A stretch of 64,000 nt of DNA from Opitutaceae bacterium (GTDB lineage Bacteria; Verrucomicrobiota; Verrucomicrobiia; Opitutales; Coraliomargaritaceae): the NCBI GenBank assembly GCA_051252375.1, contig JBPOFY010000001.1, forward strand, positions 1 to 64,000, given 5' to 3'. The notes beneath the pieces were generated by a model that worked only from the letters and a program-made list of their open reading frames with translations, had not been told where the DNA came from and ran no database searches. Position numbers and translations under genes: made by a program. Positions 33,612 through 43,839 of the stretch are shown in pieces. Numbering within the stretch: position 1 is the stretch's first letter; the number at the start of each line of letters is the position of its first letter.

Positions 33612-34841
33612 ATGTCGACATTACTTTACCAATGCCCCGCCGGTCTTTCCGGCGATATGAACCTCGGTGCGATGGTTGCTCTCGGTCTCGATCCAGCAGC
33701 CATCGAAGTGGAACTCCGGAAGCTCCCCTACAAGGGTTGGTCACTCCACTTCGAGAACGATATACGGCAAGGCATCACGGGCACGCGTTGCGACGTCATT
33801 CTACAGCAGAGCCCTGAGCAAGCACACTCCAATGTGATGACGCATACGCAATCACATGGCCATAGCCACGCGCATCACGAACACCGCGGCTTTCGTGAGA
33901 TCCGCGAAGCCATCGAAGGCAGCAAACTGTCTGATCGTGTCAAAGCCGACTCCATTGCTTGCTTCCGCGCACTAGCAGAAGCCGAAGGAGCCGTGCACGG
34001 CATCGATCCAGACGAAGTCCACTTCCACGAAGTCGGCGCTATCGACTCCATCATCGACATGGTGGGCGCAGCCATTTGCTGGGATCTCCTCGGCATCGAC
34101 CGCATCGTCTGCTCCACCCTCGAAGTCGGCGGCGGCACGGTGAAATGTGCACACGGCATCATGCCCGTGCCCGCGCCCGCGACTGCTCGATTACTGCAAG
34201 GCAAACCCTTTACATCTGGTGCCACCAACAAGGAAACCACCACTCCCACCGGAGCTTCGCTGCTCGTCGGCAAAGGCGCTGAATTCGGCGGCAAAACCAG
34301 TGGTCCGCAAATCAAGACCGGCATCGGCATCGGTCAGCGCGACGACCCTAACATCGCAAATGCAGTTTACGTCAGCCTAATCGATGAATCCATCGCGAGC
34401 AAAGCCTACGAGCAGGATGAAGTGGTCGAGCTCGCCACCAACATCGACGACATGTCTGCCGAAGCCATCAGCTACCTGTGCGAGCAACTGCTTACCGCCG
34501 GAGCCTTGGATGTCTGGCAAACACCCGCCACGTTCAAAAAGGGACGCCTAGGTTGCGTCGTGCATGCGCTCGCGCCATCCGACTTGGTCACTGCGATCGA
34601 AGCCACTTTCTTCAAATACAGCCGAACACTTGGCGTGCGCCGCCAAACTTGGCAGCGCTCAAAACTCACACGCGAGACACGCGTGCTCGACACTCCGTGG
34701 GGTCAAGTCCGAGTCAAACAAGCCAGCGATCACAACGCCTTAGCGCGCCACAAATTCGAATACGATGACTGCGCTCGAATTGCTGCCGCAGAAAACCAAT
34801 CACTCGATTGGGTCGAAGCTGAACTCACTAAACTTCTCTAG
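33612..34841 (+). CDS. larC: Nickel insertase LarC (NPN biosynthesis)
   Basis: GLSGDMNLGA, His-rich segment, VHFHEVGAIDSIIDMVG, PVPAPAT, TPTGA, TNIDD and KKGR motifs. Confidence 0.96.
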   Translation: MSTLLYQCPAGLSGDMNLGAMVALGLDPAAIEVELRKLPYKGWSLHFENDIRQGITGTRCDVILQQSPEQAHSNVMTHTQSHGHSHAHHEHRGFREIREAIEGSKLSDRVKADSIACFRALAEAEGAVHGIDPDEVHFHEVGAIDSIIDMVGAAICWDLLGIDRIVCSTLEVGGGTVKCAHGIMPVPAPATARLLQGKPFTSGATNKETTTPTGASLLVGKGAEFGGKTSGPQIKTGIGIGQRDDPNIANAVYVSLIDESIASKAYEQDEVVELATNIDDMSAEAISYLCEQLLTAGALDVWQTPATFKKGRLGCVVHALAPSDLVTAIEATFFKYSRTLGVRRQTWQRSKLTRETRVLDTPWGQVRVKQASDHNALARHKFEYDDCARIAAAENQSLDWVEAELTKLL

Positions 34842-34849
34842 CCAATACC

Positions 34850-35581
34850 ATGAACACTCGTAAAATCCTAGAAAGCTTACAAAGTGGTGAACTCGACCTC
34901 GAGGCCGCACTCACCCAACTGCAAGGTTTCGACGACCTCGGCCATAGTCGAGTGGACCTAAATCGCGCAGAGCGGAACGGCGCAGCAGAAGTTATTTTCG
35001 GCCAAGGGAAAACGTCCGACCAAATCATCGACATCATGCAGAGCCTCTCTGCTCGGAATCAAAACATACTGGTCACCCGCATCAGCCCCGAAGCAGCTGC
35101 TGCGGCTCAACAAAGGTTTCCAAATTCCACTTACGAGGCATTGCCTAAACTGCTATCCCTAGAGACCACTCCCACCGAAAAAACAAAATCTAAAATTGCC
35201 ATCGTTTGCGCCGGCACCTCGGACCTGCCCGTCGCGGAAGAAGCCGCACTCACTGCGGAGTTTTACGGTAATACAGTCGAACGTGTTTACGATGCCGGCG
35301 TAGCTGGATTGCATCGCCTACTCGCGAGCCTAGATGTGATCAATGAATGCCGCGTCGTGGTGGTCGTCGCAGGCATGGAGGGAGCACTCCCAAGTGTCGT
35401 CGGCGGCTTAGTGAAGGCACCGGTGATTGCCGTGCCGACTAGTGTCGGCTATGGGGCAAACTTTGGTGGACTCTCCGCCCTACTTGGCATGCTCAATACA
35501 TGCGCCAGCGGCGTCACCGTGGTGAACATCGATAACGGGTTCGGCGCAGGCTTTGCCGCGAACCGAATTAATCGGCTGTAA
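34850..35581 (+). CDS. larB: NaAD carboxylase/hydrolase LarB (NPN biosynthesis)
   Basis: EVIFGQGKT, AGTSDLPVAEEA, DAGVAGLHR, GMEGALPSV, PTSVGYG and VNIDNGFGA motifs. Confidence 0.97.
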   Translation: MNTRKILESLQSGELDLEAALTQLQGFDDLGHSRVDLNRAERNGAAEVIFGQGKTSDQIIDIMQSLSARNQNILVTRISPEAAAAAQQRFPNSTYEALPKLLSLETTPTEKTKSKIAIVCAGTSDLPVAEEAALTAEFYGNTVERVYDAGVAGLHRLLASLDVINECRVVVVVAGMEGALPSVVGGLVKAPVIAVPTSVGYGANFGGLSALLGMLNTCASGVTVVNIDNGFGAGFAANRINRL

Positions 35582-35602
35582 AGCCGGCATTGGATAAACG
35601 GG

Positions 35603-35679
35603 GTAGCGGCGCTTGTCCCTAAGCGCCATACGTCAGCATCAGACCGTATCCAATGGCGGTCAGGGACGACCGCCGCTAC
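35603..35679. repeat. Inverted REP-like pair, family D (GTAGCGGCG-nnn-GTCCC-nnn-CGCC)
   Basis: 35603-35628 and 35654-35679 (reverse). Confidence 0.85.
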
Positions 35680-35709
35680 CAATCCGCGAACCGAATTACT
35701 GGCTCTCGC

Positions 35710-36738
35710 TTACGCGTTTTCTTTATCGCGACGGTAACAGCAACTACCTGCTTCGTAGAGTTTTTCGCCGTGAAATTGCGCGGCATATTCTTCCGTGCCT
35801 GGAGCAAAATCAAACTTGGAAGCATAAGCTTCTCGCTCATCCGTAGTGAAAGGCTTCGTCACAGTGGCTGCCACAGCTTGATCCAAATACTCCATCTTAT
35901 CGATGCCAATGAGATGCGTGCAGAGCTGTTTGTAACTCAATGCATACTTCAAAACAGATTCCGCAGTCGTCTTATCATGTAATTGATTACGACGGCTGCC
36001 GCCGAAGCCCTTCATACCAAGAACTGCGATATTCTTCTCTTCGCAAAGCGGGAAGATTTCCTCTTCAAAACTCCTCGAGCCTAGGGCGCCAACTGCAGAT
36101 ACAGGCATCAATAAAGCATCCCACTCGTAACCGCCATCAATCATGCCACGGTGAATCTTCGGGTCTGTATGTCCGGTAAAACCAGCATAACGTATTTTCC
36201 CTTGTTTCTTCGCTAGCTCAATCGCTTCGATCGCACCCTGTTCGCGGTAAGCATCTTTCACATCATCATCCGAAACCTGATGCATCATCCAAAGGTCTAA
36301 GTGATCTGTCTTTAATCGACGTAATGAATCCTCCAGCATCGTCATCGCACCTTTAACGTCGGGCGTATATACGTTTGCTGCCGGACCGATGTGATAGTTA
36401 CAGAATTTCGTCCAAAGGAACACTTTGTCCCGCTTACCTTCGAGTGCGACACCCATGTATTCCTCGGCCTCCCCATCGTGGTAATCCCATGCATTATCAA
36501 ACACATTGACTCCTAGGTCGATTGCTCGGGCAGCAATATTACTCGCTTCTTTTTGCGATCCCGCCATGTAAAGCGTGTGCCCCCCGATGCCCATGACACT
36601 TAGCATGTCATCATGGCGACCGAATTTTCTTTTAGGAATGACCACGGATTCTGCTGCTTTGGCGTATGCAGCAGGGCTACCGGCGAGAGCCGCCGAACCG
36701 ACGGACAATTTAAGGAAATTACGGCGGGAAACATTCAT
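35710..36738 (-). CDS. Tat-exported aldo-keto reductase family protein
   Basis: SRRNFLK twin-arginine signal; FDNAWDY, WTK, SLRRLKTDHLDLW..H, GKIRYAGFTGH and LGMK motifs. Confidence 0.92.
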   Translation of the reverse strand: MNVSRRNFLKLSVGSAALAGSPAAYAKAAESVVIPKRKFGRHDDMLSVMGIGGHTLYMAGSQKEASNIAARAIDLGVNVFDNAWDYHDGEAEEYMGVALEGKRDKVFLWTKFCNYHIGPAANVYTPDVKGAMTMLEDSLRRLKTDHLDLWMMHQVSDDDVKDAYREQGAIEAIELAKKQGKIRYAGFTGHTDPKIHRGMIDGGYEWDALLMPVSAVGALGSRSFEEEIFPLCEEKNIAVLGMKGFGGSRRNQLHDKTTAESVLKYALSYKQLCTHLIGIDKMEYLDQAVAATVTKPFTTDEREAYASKFDFAPGTEEYAAQFHGEKLYEAGSCCYRRDKENA

Positions 36739-36857
36739 GGTGAATAAGTGATACGACATAACAGTCTTAGGTCAAATAATGTTCAATAAAACATCGGTCT
36801 GTAGAAATTTGAAATTGCCACCTCTCAAATCGATAAGATTTTATCAGCAAAACTGTT

Positions 36858-37700
36858 ATGCTGAGCTATCGACACGCTTTCCATGCCGGCAACTTTGCCG
36901 ACGTCCTCAAACACTGGGTATTAATCGAGTGCTTGGAATACTTGAAACAGAAGGAGAAACCCTTCGTTTACTACGATACCCATTCCGGTCCCGGGATGTA
37001 TGCGCTGGATTCCGACTACGCGCAAAAGAACCAAGAGTTTAAAACCGGCATCAGCCTACTTTGGGACCAAGCCGACCTGCCCAAAGGATTATTACAATAT
37101 TGCGACTGCATCCGCACACAGAATCCGGATGACACACTGCGCCACTACCCCGGCTCTCCAAGCATCGCACAAGCACTCATGCGAGAATGGGATCGCTTAA
37201 CGCTATGCGAACTGCATCGAACCGAGCATGAGATACTAAGCGGGCAGTTCGCCCATGATAAACGCTCTGAAGTTTGGAATGAGGACGGTCTTAATCGGAC
37301 ACTCAAATTGCTACCACCACGAGAGCGTCGCGGCATCGTGCTAATCGATCCCTCTTACGAAATGAAGGAAGACTACGAGCGCGTGGTGGAGTTCCTGCAA
37401 GCCGCCCATCGTAAGTTTGCACAAGGGGTCTACCTACTCTGGTATCCCGTCGTCGAGCGTGAACGAATCGATCGATTGGAGGCAGCACTCATCAATAGCG
37501 GCATCCGCAACATCACTCTTTTTGAACTCAGCAATCAAGCAGACACGGAGGCACGCGGCATGACATCTAGCGGTATGATCGTGATCAACTCGCCATGGAC
37601 ACTCAAACAAAGCATCGACGACGGATTGGCCTACCTAGCAAAAAAGCTAGAAGTCGATGGCTTTAGCGCTCTACGCAGTGAAGTGCTCGTAGGCGAATAG
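36858..37700 (+). CDS. rlmJ: 23S rRNA m6A2030 methyltransferase
   Basis: MLSYRHAFHAGNFADVLKH, YPGSP and IDPSYE motifs. Confidence 0.97.
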   Translation: MLSYRHAFHAGNFADVLKHWVLIECLEYLKQKEKPFVYYDTHSGPGMYALDSDYAQKNQEFKTGISLLWDQADLPKGLLQYCDCIRTQNPDDTLRHYPGSPSIAQALMREWDRLTLCELHRTEHEILSGQFAHDKRSEVWNEDGLNRTLKLLPPRERRGIVLIDPSYEMKEDYERVVEFLQAAHRKFAQGVYLLWYPVVERERIDRLEAALINSGIRNITLFELSNQADTEARGMTSSGMIVINSPWTLKQSIDDGLAYLAKKLEVDGFSALRSEVLVGE

Positions 37701-37795
37701 CTGTGGTTTACATGACTAGATAACACTCATTCATAGCGCGTAGAATTACCGACTACCCACTTGCTAAAGCTCTATGAATCAACCATCCGTATCGT

Positions 37796-38098
37796 ATGTT
37801 TAAATTTGATACGACACTTCACCGTCTTCGCTCGATCGGCACCTGGGAAGCGATCTCCTCTATCATCCTCTTCGGCGTCGCGATGCCACTAAAGTATATT
37901 TGGGGCGATGATGTCCTCATTCGCCCAGTTGGCATGGCTCATGGCATATTATGGATGGCCTACGTCGGCTTCGCCTTTCTCGGACAGATGGACTACAAGT
38001 GGTCATGGAAACTAACAGGCTGGTTACTAGTCGCCAGCATCGTGCCCGCAGGGCCGTTTGTCGCCGATGCTAAACTCCTCAAAAACGTAGAAGCTTAA
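37796..38098 (+). CDS. DUF3817 family membrane protein
   Basis: EAISSIILFGVAMPLKY...GMAHG...ASIVPAGPF pattern. Confidence 0.85.
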   Translation: MFKFDTTLHRLRSIGTWEAISSIILFGVAMPLKYIWGDDVLIRPVGMAHGILWMAYVGFAFLGQMDYKWSWKLTGWLLVASIVPAGPFVADAKLLKNVEA

Positions 38099-38108
38099 GT
38101 CCCCCGCT

Positions 38109-38705
38109 ATGGACAAAATTTTGATTTTACGACTCGCCCCATCCGGGGAGTCTTTTCTCAAAATGGATGTCCTCAGCCCCGAGCACGGCACCTTTCTTTG
38201 CCTTAAACGCATATCAAAAAAGAGCGCGCAACAAACCACGCCTGACCTCTTCGACACCGCGGACATACAGCTAGAAACCTCAAAGCAAGGCACTGCCCGT
38301 TTTGTCCGCGAGTATCAACTCCTCAACCGACGTGAAACGATCGGGCGATCTTATCACAGTCTGCGCCATGCTTCTGAGTTCAGCGCACTAATCGCACGCA
38401 ATGGTCCGCACATGGCGGAACCTGAAGCGCTCTTTGAACTAGTGGAGCGCACGCTCAACGCCTTCGCGGAAGGCAAAGCGCCTGAGGTGGTGCACTTAAA
38501 AGCGGTCTACATGCTCCTAAAAAACGAAGGCTACCCCATTCGCGAATCTTGGTGGCCTAGCTTGCCTTCCGCGTTGCGAGATGCCGCTAAAACTTTGATC
38601 AATGAGCCCGCACCAGAGCAACCCGATGCCGCAACTCGTGAAGACTGCGAGAAAATCTCACAACGACTCTACCGCTGGCTGGAGCACGAAACCGACTTAA
38701 GGTAG
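38109..38705 (+). CDS. Divergent RecO-like DNA repair protein
   Basis: N-terminal OB-like pattern (ILR..PSGES..L.VLSPEHG, PDLFD) and a helical C-terminus. Confidence 0.6.
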   Translation: MDKILILRLAPSGESFLKMDVLSPEHGTFLCLKRISKKSAQQTTPDLFDTADIQLETSKQGTARFVREYQLLNRRETIGRSYHSLRHASEFSALIARNGPHMAEPEALFELVERTLNAFAEGKAPEVVHLKAVYMLLKNEGYPIRESWWPSLPSALRDAAKTLINEPAPEQPDAATREDCEKISQRLYRWLEHETDLR

Positions 38706-38769
38706 GACGATCCGAGTGTCGGATGGAATCTAAAACGATGTCAGACAAAGAAGAAATTCGGTGAAGATT

Positions 38770-38851
38770 TGGAGGGTTGCGCTCTGTCGCAACCGCCAAC
38801 AGTTCGATGCATTTAGGCGTTTTCGCGGCAATGACGGAGCATTGCCCTCCA
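38770..38851. repeat. Inverted REP-like pair, family E (GGAGGG-stem-GCTCYGTC-stem)
   Basis: 38770-38795 and 38826-38851 (reverse), with different but self-complementary stems. Confidence 0.75.
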
Positions 38852-38890
38852 AATGAAACTACGTATAGCACGTCTGCATATACGCTTAAG

Positions 38891-38983
38891 GTAGCGGCGA
38901 TGGTCCCCATCGCCACACGGCTGAACTGCCCAGCCTGCCCCAGAGCGAAACACATGCATGGCGGTCGGGACGACCGCCTCTAC
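38891..38983. repeat. Inverted REP-like pair, family D
   Basis: 38891-38915 and 38959-38983 (reverse). Confidence 0.85.
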
Positions 38984-39139
38984 CTTTAGAGGAATCACGA
39001 TGCTTGCCGAAACTCCCAGGCAATTAGCAAGGATTTAGCCAATTCTAGCGACTCGTGCGCTACCTCAAACATCCTACACGATTCCATCAGTTGCTACTTG
39101 CCCCGCTCGACTAAAGTTTTGAATCTAAAAGCTTCGAAT

Positions 39140-40144
39140 ATGGAATCTCCCGACGGCAGCACATTTTCTCTCAGACACGCACTCCCCGAAGCATTGGGCG
39201 ATTGCCGTGCGGTCGAAGTGCTTGAACGCTCGCTCGCGCAGAACCGATTAGGTCACGGCATCCTGCTTCACGGTGAAAGCCCCGCTTTTCTCGAAGAAAT
39301 CGTTCGCGCCATTACTTCAGTCTTACTCGAAACCGAGCGCAATCCACTCGAACATCCCGACTGCTTCATTCTGCGCCCCTCCGGCAAAGCACGGATGATA
39401 AAAATTGGTTCCGAGGCAGAACGCACAGGCGGCGATTGGCCGAAAAATAGTATGCGCCGGCTTGTGATCGACATACAAAAATCATCCAACCAAGGCGGCC
39501 GCAAAGTAGGCATCGTCTTTGAGGCCGATCGCATGAATACGCAATCTGCCAACGCCTTTCTAAAAACACTCGAAGAGCCTCCGGCCGGCACCACCCTCTT
39601 TCTGCTGACAAGCCGCCCTTACGACTTGCTCGACACCATCCGCAGTCGCTGTCTCAACTTTCGTATTCCCGCAGGCACCGAAACCATCGCCCACCCCGAC
39701 TGGCCCGCGTGGACACGTGCTTACCGGGAATGGCTCGGCATGCTACTCAACGGACCGAGTAAAGCAAATGTCCCCCATGTCATGCTCGGCGCGTATGGAC
39801 TCAACGCACGCTTTCAAACTATTCTCACGAACATGACTACTGAGGCATGGAAGGCACACAAGGAAACCCTCCCCGAGCACATTACAGACGACGAAAAAAA
39901 CGCGATGGAAGCCGGCATGAGCCGAGGCTATCGCAAACAACTTTACGGGCAGATCGAAAAAGAAACCGCCCGCTACGCTCGTGATATTGAAACCGCCAAC
40001 CCTGGCGAGCTACCCTGCATCGCACTTAATCGGGCGATCGAAGTCTTGGAAAAAAGCGCCGGCCTACTAGAGCTCAACTTCAACCAAGCCGCCGCCCTCG
40101 AACTCTTCTTCCTGCAATCCCTCCGCATCTGGACAGCGCGCTAA
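39140..40144 (+). CDS. holB: DNA polymerase III delta' subunit
   Basis: HPD, EADRMNTQSANAFLKTLEEPP and LLDTIRSRC motifs. Confidence 0.9.
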   Translation: MESPDGSTFSLRHALPEALGDCRAVEVLERSLAQNRLGHGILLHGESPAFLEEIVRAITSVLLETERNPLEHPDCFILRPSGKARMIKIGSEAERTGGDWPKNSMRRLVIDIQKSSNQGGRKVGIVFEADRMNTQSANAFLKTLEEPPAGTTLFLLTSRPYDLLDTIRSRCLNFRIPAGTETIAHPDWPAWTRAYREWLGMLLNGPSKANVPHVMLGAYGLNARFQTILTNMTTEAWKAHKETLPEHITDDEKNAMEAGMSRGYRKQLYGQIEKETARYARDIETANPGELPCIALNRAIEVLEKSAGLLELNFNQAAALELFFLQSLRIWTAR

Positions 40145-40177
40145 GCGGACGCTGATTAATCTCCACTATTCATTCTA

Positions 40178-40252
40178 AATCATACTCCTAATCATACTCT
40201 TAATCTTCTCCGCTCACATGAGATTAGGATTAAGAGTAAGATTACGATTAAG
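40178..40252. repeat. Inverted short-unit arrays (taatc../gatta..) able to form a hairpin
   Basis: aatcatactcctaatcatactcttaatct ... agattaggattaagagtaagattacgatta. Confidence 0.75.
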
Positions 40253-40292
40253 ACACTTTAGCTCTTAGCCATTATTCATTACCCATTTTTCA

Positions 40293-40952
40293 ATGTGCGG
40301 TCGATACACACTCCATCCAAATAAAAAGGCGCTCGCCGAGGCGATTGCCTTAGCCATTCCAGAAAGCTATGAGCCTGATTACAACATCGGGCCTGGCAGA
40401 GACACGCTGGCGATTGCGACTCGCGACAAAGTGACGCCTGTCACCGCAATGATGCATTGGGGACTGCGCACACCACAGAACTTTCACGTCAACGCTCGAC
40501 TGGAAGCCGCTGACAGCACGCCCCGCTTTCGTGAAAGTTGGGAAGCGCATCGCTGTTTGCTTCCTGCCAATGGCTTCTACGAATGGTATCAGGATGGCAT
40601 CACGAAGCAGCCCTACTACATTTACCCAGAAGACTCCAAGCTGACCTTCTTTGCCGGACTTTGGATGCCTGCCGCTTTTGATGGCGCTCCCGCAAGCTGT
40701 GTGATTCTCACCACTTCAGCAGACGATTCTATCAAACAAATCCACGAACGCATGCCTGTCATGCTGCCACTAGAGGCACATGCCGATTGGCTAGCAGGCA
40801 CACTGACGAAACGCGAGACACTGTCTCTCGCAGCCAAAGGCACACTTGCAAAGCACACTGTCTCTCGACGCGTCAACAGCGTCCAAAACAAAGACAGCAA
40901 ATTAATCGAAGCCTCCTCACCTCTGACCGATGATCAGATGATGTTATTCTAG
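40293..40952 (+). CDS. SOS response-associated peptidase (SRAP/YedK-like)
   Basis: MCGRY N-terminus, NAR, RCLLPANGFYEW and HERMPV motifs. Confidence 0.95.
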   Translation: MCGRYTLHPNKKALAEAIALAIPESYEPDYNIGPGRDTLAIATRDKVTPVTAMMHWGLRTPQNFHVNARLEAADSTPRFRESWEAHRCLLPANGFYEWYQDGITKQPYYIYPEDSKLTFFAGLWMPAAFDGAPASCVILTTSADDSIKQIHERMPVMLPLEAHADWLAGTLTKRETLSLAAKGTLAKHTVSRRVNSVQNKDSKLIEASSPLTDDQMMLF

Positions 40953-40964
40953 CGTCCCGAGGAC

Positions 40965-41855
40965 TTACAACGCGCGAGCCATAAAGTTCACACGACGGAC
41001 GAATGTCTGCCCATGTTCAACGACCACTTCCTCAACTGTCTCTGGAATTCTATCAATATTCTGCAGCATCTTAATTCCTTGGTCCGAAACGACTGTTAAA
41101 TTAATTTCGGCATAAGCTAGCGGGTATTGCAATCGGGGGTCAGTGGCCTGAATGCCTACAGTCGCATCATCACCTCCGTAAATTGTAGCGGCAGTAGTCG
41201 AGCCATCAGCTACTGAAGTCGAGGTTGCAGTGCTACCATCATCTAATACATGAAAATCGATTTTGAATTCGACGATATTGCTGACCAAATAATTCGAGCC
41301 TTGATCCCCGATAATCGATTCAGTTCCCCATGTGGGATCATCCTTCCCGGGAAGAGTTGCCTGAATGGGATCGCCCATCAAATCGTTAAATGTCGTCTGC
41401 GCATCTACAACAAGGCGGTATAGGACGAAAGTCCGATCAGCACCACTTGCCGTTCCATCAACAGGGTTCACGTAATCGAGCTTATAGGCCACCGCACAAA
41501 TATCGCCAGGTCCATCAGGTCGATCTGTCACTGGGGCAAATAGTCGTAGCGCAACCGTAGCCGATAGCGCACTGGCAGGACCAGTCAATGTGTCATCTTC
41601 AGCCCTGAACCACTCTAGACCGTTATTACGAAAGACCGCAGTTTCCAGGTCTTGAGTAATCAAGTCCATCGCGATACGCGCCTCCGCATTGGCAGAAAGC
41701 CTACCCGAAGATCGGTTCCAGACATTGAGCACCTCACTAGTAATCTGAATGACCAAACCTACCAGGATGATCATAATGACGGTCGCCACCATGATCTCGA
41801 TTAAGGTGAATGCTTTACAGCGTTTTTTTCGACGCGATGGTGATAAATTAATCAT
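40965..41855 (-). CDS. Prepilin-type protein (Verru_Chthon cassette C-like)
   Basis: KA|FTLIEIMVA class III signal peptide. Confidence 0.85.
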   Translation of the reverse strand: MINLSPSRRKKRCKAFTLIEIMVATVIMIILVGLVIQITSEVLNVWNRSSGRLSANAEARIAMDLITQDLETAVFRNNGLEWFRAEDDTLTGPASALSATVALRLFAPVTDRPDGPGDICAVAYKLDYVNPVDGTASGADRTFVLYRLVVDAQTTFNDLMGDPIQATLPGKDDPTWGTESIIGDQGSNYLVSNIVEFKIDFHVLDDGSTATSTSVADGSTTAATIYGGDDATVGIQATDPRLQYPLAYAEINLTVVSDQGIKMLQNIDRIPETVEEVVVEHGQTFVRRVNFMARAL

Positions 41856-41864
41856 ATCAATAAA

Positions 41865-42560
41865 CTAGCGAACAATCGCGGTGTTATATGTGAAAATAGG
41901 TTCGAAATCTACCAAGTCGGTCAAATTTTTGACCTCACTATATGTTGTGTCCGTTGGTGCAGGTGGCGACTCTACGTAGATACGCACTTCCATAGCAAAG
42001 TAACCCTCCAAGTAATCTTCAAGCACCGCATTTAATTCATAAGTGCCAGTAGATGTGTTTCGATTCTCCGAACGATATTGGTCCGGATCGAGCGTTGGCG
42101 TGGGAATGACTGATGATGGCGTCAATACAACCCGATAAATGGGTCCCGCCGCATTGGTAAAGTCAGTTACTTCCGCAAGAGGATCAATCAAACTGCTACC
42201 AGCGACGGATTCATTCTGATCAAAGCCAACGCTTAGTTGAACCTTCGTCTCAGTCGCGGAGATATACTCCCGAAAAACAAAAACTGTCGCATAATGATCA
42301 GCTGCGACTGCGTTATAAATCACATCAAATCTTGATCCGTTTGGGGCGATCACAGATGAGCCTTGAAGAAAGGCATTGACTGAATTGACCACGGAAGAGA
42401 CCTCATCCGTTTTGGCAACCTTATCAACTGACTGCAACGTAGGTCCGAGTAATCCAACAAGCGCCAATACGGTCACCAAGAAAATACCGATCGCTAAAAC
42501 AACCTCAACTAAACTGAAGCCCTTCGCCCGCTGAGGCGTTCTAGATACTAAATTTCTCAT
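41865..42560 (-). CDS. Prepilin-type protein (Verru_Chthon cassette B-like)
   Basis: KG|FSLVEVVLAIGI signal. Confidence 0.85.
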   Translation of the reverse strand: MRNLVSRTPQRAKGFSLVEVVLAIGIFLVTVLALVGLLGPTLQSVDKVAKTDEVSSVVNSVNAFLQGSSVIAPNGSRFDVIYNAVAADHYATVFVFREYISATETKVQLSVGFDQNESVAGSSLIDPLAEVTDFTNAAGPIYRVVLTPSSVIPTPTLDPDQYRSENRNTSTGTYELNAVLEDYLEGYFAMEVRIYVESPPAPTDTTYSEVKNLTDLVDFEPIFTYNTAIVR

Positions 42561-42562
42561 AA

Positions 42563-43243
42563 TTATTTAACAATCTCATCAGGGTTGGAGACTGGTGTCG
42601 TCGTCCCCACACGCCTAAAAATTAAAGCTGCAGCCAAAAACCTTTTACTCTCCTCAATGTTATCAAAATCAATCTCTAGGTTGCCGGCGACATCTGGCTT
42701 GAGCGTATTCGCACGGATGACTAGCCATCCATTATCAAAGTCCGTGGCCATCGTCCCATTACTATTAAACTCGTAATAATAATAGTCCTCACCCGAGCCT
42801 TCAGGTTTCGCCACCGCTAACGGATATTCGAACTTCTCGAAGTTACTCTTGCGCCATTTAGAACCGTTCTCCTCGCTGGTATCTGCGTCGAAATAAATGC
42901 CTTCCGGTAGATAAGTGCCTTGGGTGGCGGCAATCCACGAACCTGGATTATCGTTATCCTCGTAAATGATACCGAAATACCTCAAGTATTTCTCCACGTC
43001 ACGGGTATCCGATTCATCCGCATAGATAATCAGCCGAGTTCGTGCTCCTTTTAGAATGGCCTGCCCACGCGCACCTTGCGCAATACCAGAGACCACCCTT
43101 TGTCCTGAGCTAAGTTTCGCGCCATCGCCGCCATTACCCCCGATAAAGATGATCGAGGATGCAATGAGGATAATACTGATGACAACCAGTAGTTCGATGA
43201 GCGTAAAAGCGCTCTTCCTAGACTTAAGCGTAGAATATCTCAT
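42563..43243 (-). CDS. Prepilin-type protein (GspH/FimT or Verru_Chthon D-like)
   Basis: SA|FTLIELLVVISI signal, ARGQAI and FNSNG motifs. Confidence 0.85.
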   Translation of the reverse strand: MRYSTLKSRKSAFTLIELLVVISIILIASSIIFIGGNGGDGAKLSSGQRVVSGIAQGARGQAILKGARTRLIIYADESDTRDVEKYLRYFGIIYEDNDNPGSWIAATQGTYLPEGIYFDADTSEENGSKWRKSNFEKFEYPLAVAKPEGSGEDYYYYEFNSNGTMATDFDNGWLVIRANTLKPDVAGNLEIDFDNIEESKRFLAAALIFRRVGTTTPVSNPDEIVK

Positions 43244-43251
43244 TTAAAAAA

Positions 43252-43836
43252 TTAGTTCCAAAGGCTGTAGCCTGGATAATCCTCGGTAGACTCAACCCAA
43301 GCAGTCACATCTGTCTTAATTTTACTAGAAGGAGCCGAAGGTGCATCCCCGGTGGGTGCAGGTAAAACAAACCCGTCACCACTGGCATCAATCATCAGCT
43401 TAATATTTACATTATTAAAGCGATCCGCGAGTTGGCTGAGATCCACCTTATCGTCATCATCTAACAGATACTCCGATTCAGAAAAGTTATGAAAAGCCAT
43501 TCGGCGGCGATTACCCACCGCTGCTGCCTCTGAAGCAGAGATTTGAGTGCCATCAGTATTCCGACCTGACAATGTTTGAATAAACAGCGGGGAGTTGGAC
43601 GATAAATCTACCACCTTATCAGCAGCATCCGTCACAAATGGATAGTAACCATACTCGCCCTTAAACATTTGAATGGCGGTGATATAGTTTGATATCTGAG
43701 ACTTGGATGCGGCAATGTTCGCCTGTTTCCTGACCGCGCCCACTGCAGGAATCAATATCCCTGCAAGAATGCCGATGATCGCAATGACCATCAGTAGTTC
43801 GATTAAAGTAAAACCTATATTTTTTCGATTCTTCAT
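43252..43836 (-). CDS. GspG-like pseudopilin
   Basis: IG|FTLIELLMVIAIIGIL signal and FKGEYGYYP. Confidence 0.88.
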   Translation of the reverse strand: MKNRKNIGFTLIELLMVIAIIGILAGILIPAVGAVRKQANIAASKSQISNYITAIQMFKGEYGYYPFVTDAADKVVDLSSNSPLFIQTLSGRNTDGTQISASEAAAVGNRRRMAFHNFSESEYLLDDDDKVDLSQLADRFNNVNIKLMIDASGDGFVLPAPTGDAPSAPSSKIKTDVTAWVESTEDYPGYSLWN

Positions 43837-43839
43837 AAA

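Noticed and set aside
38599..38998. Short ORFs in the recO-holB gap
   Set aside because: They span REP-like repeats and have no recognisable coding signal.
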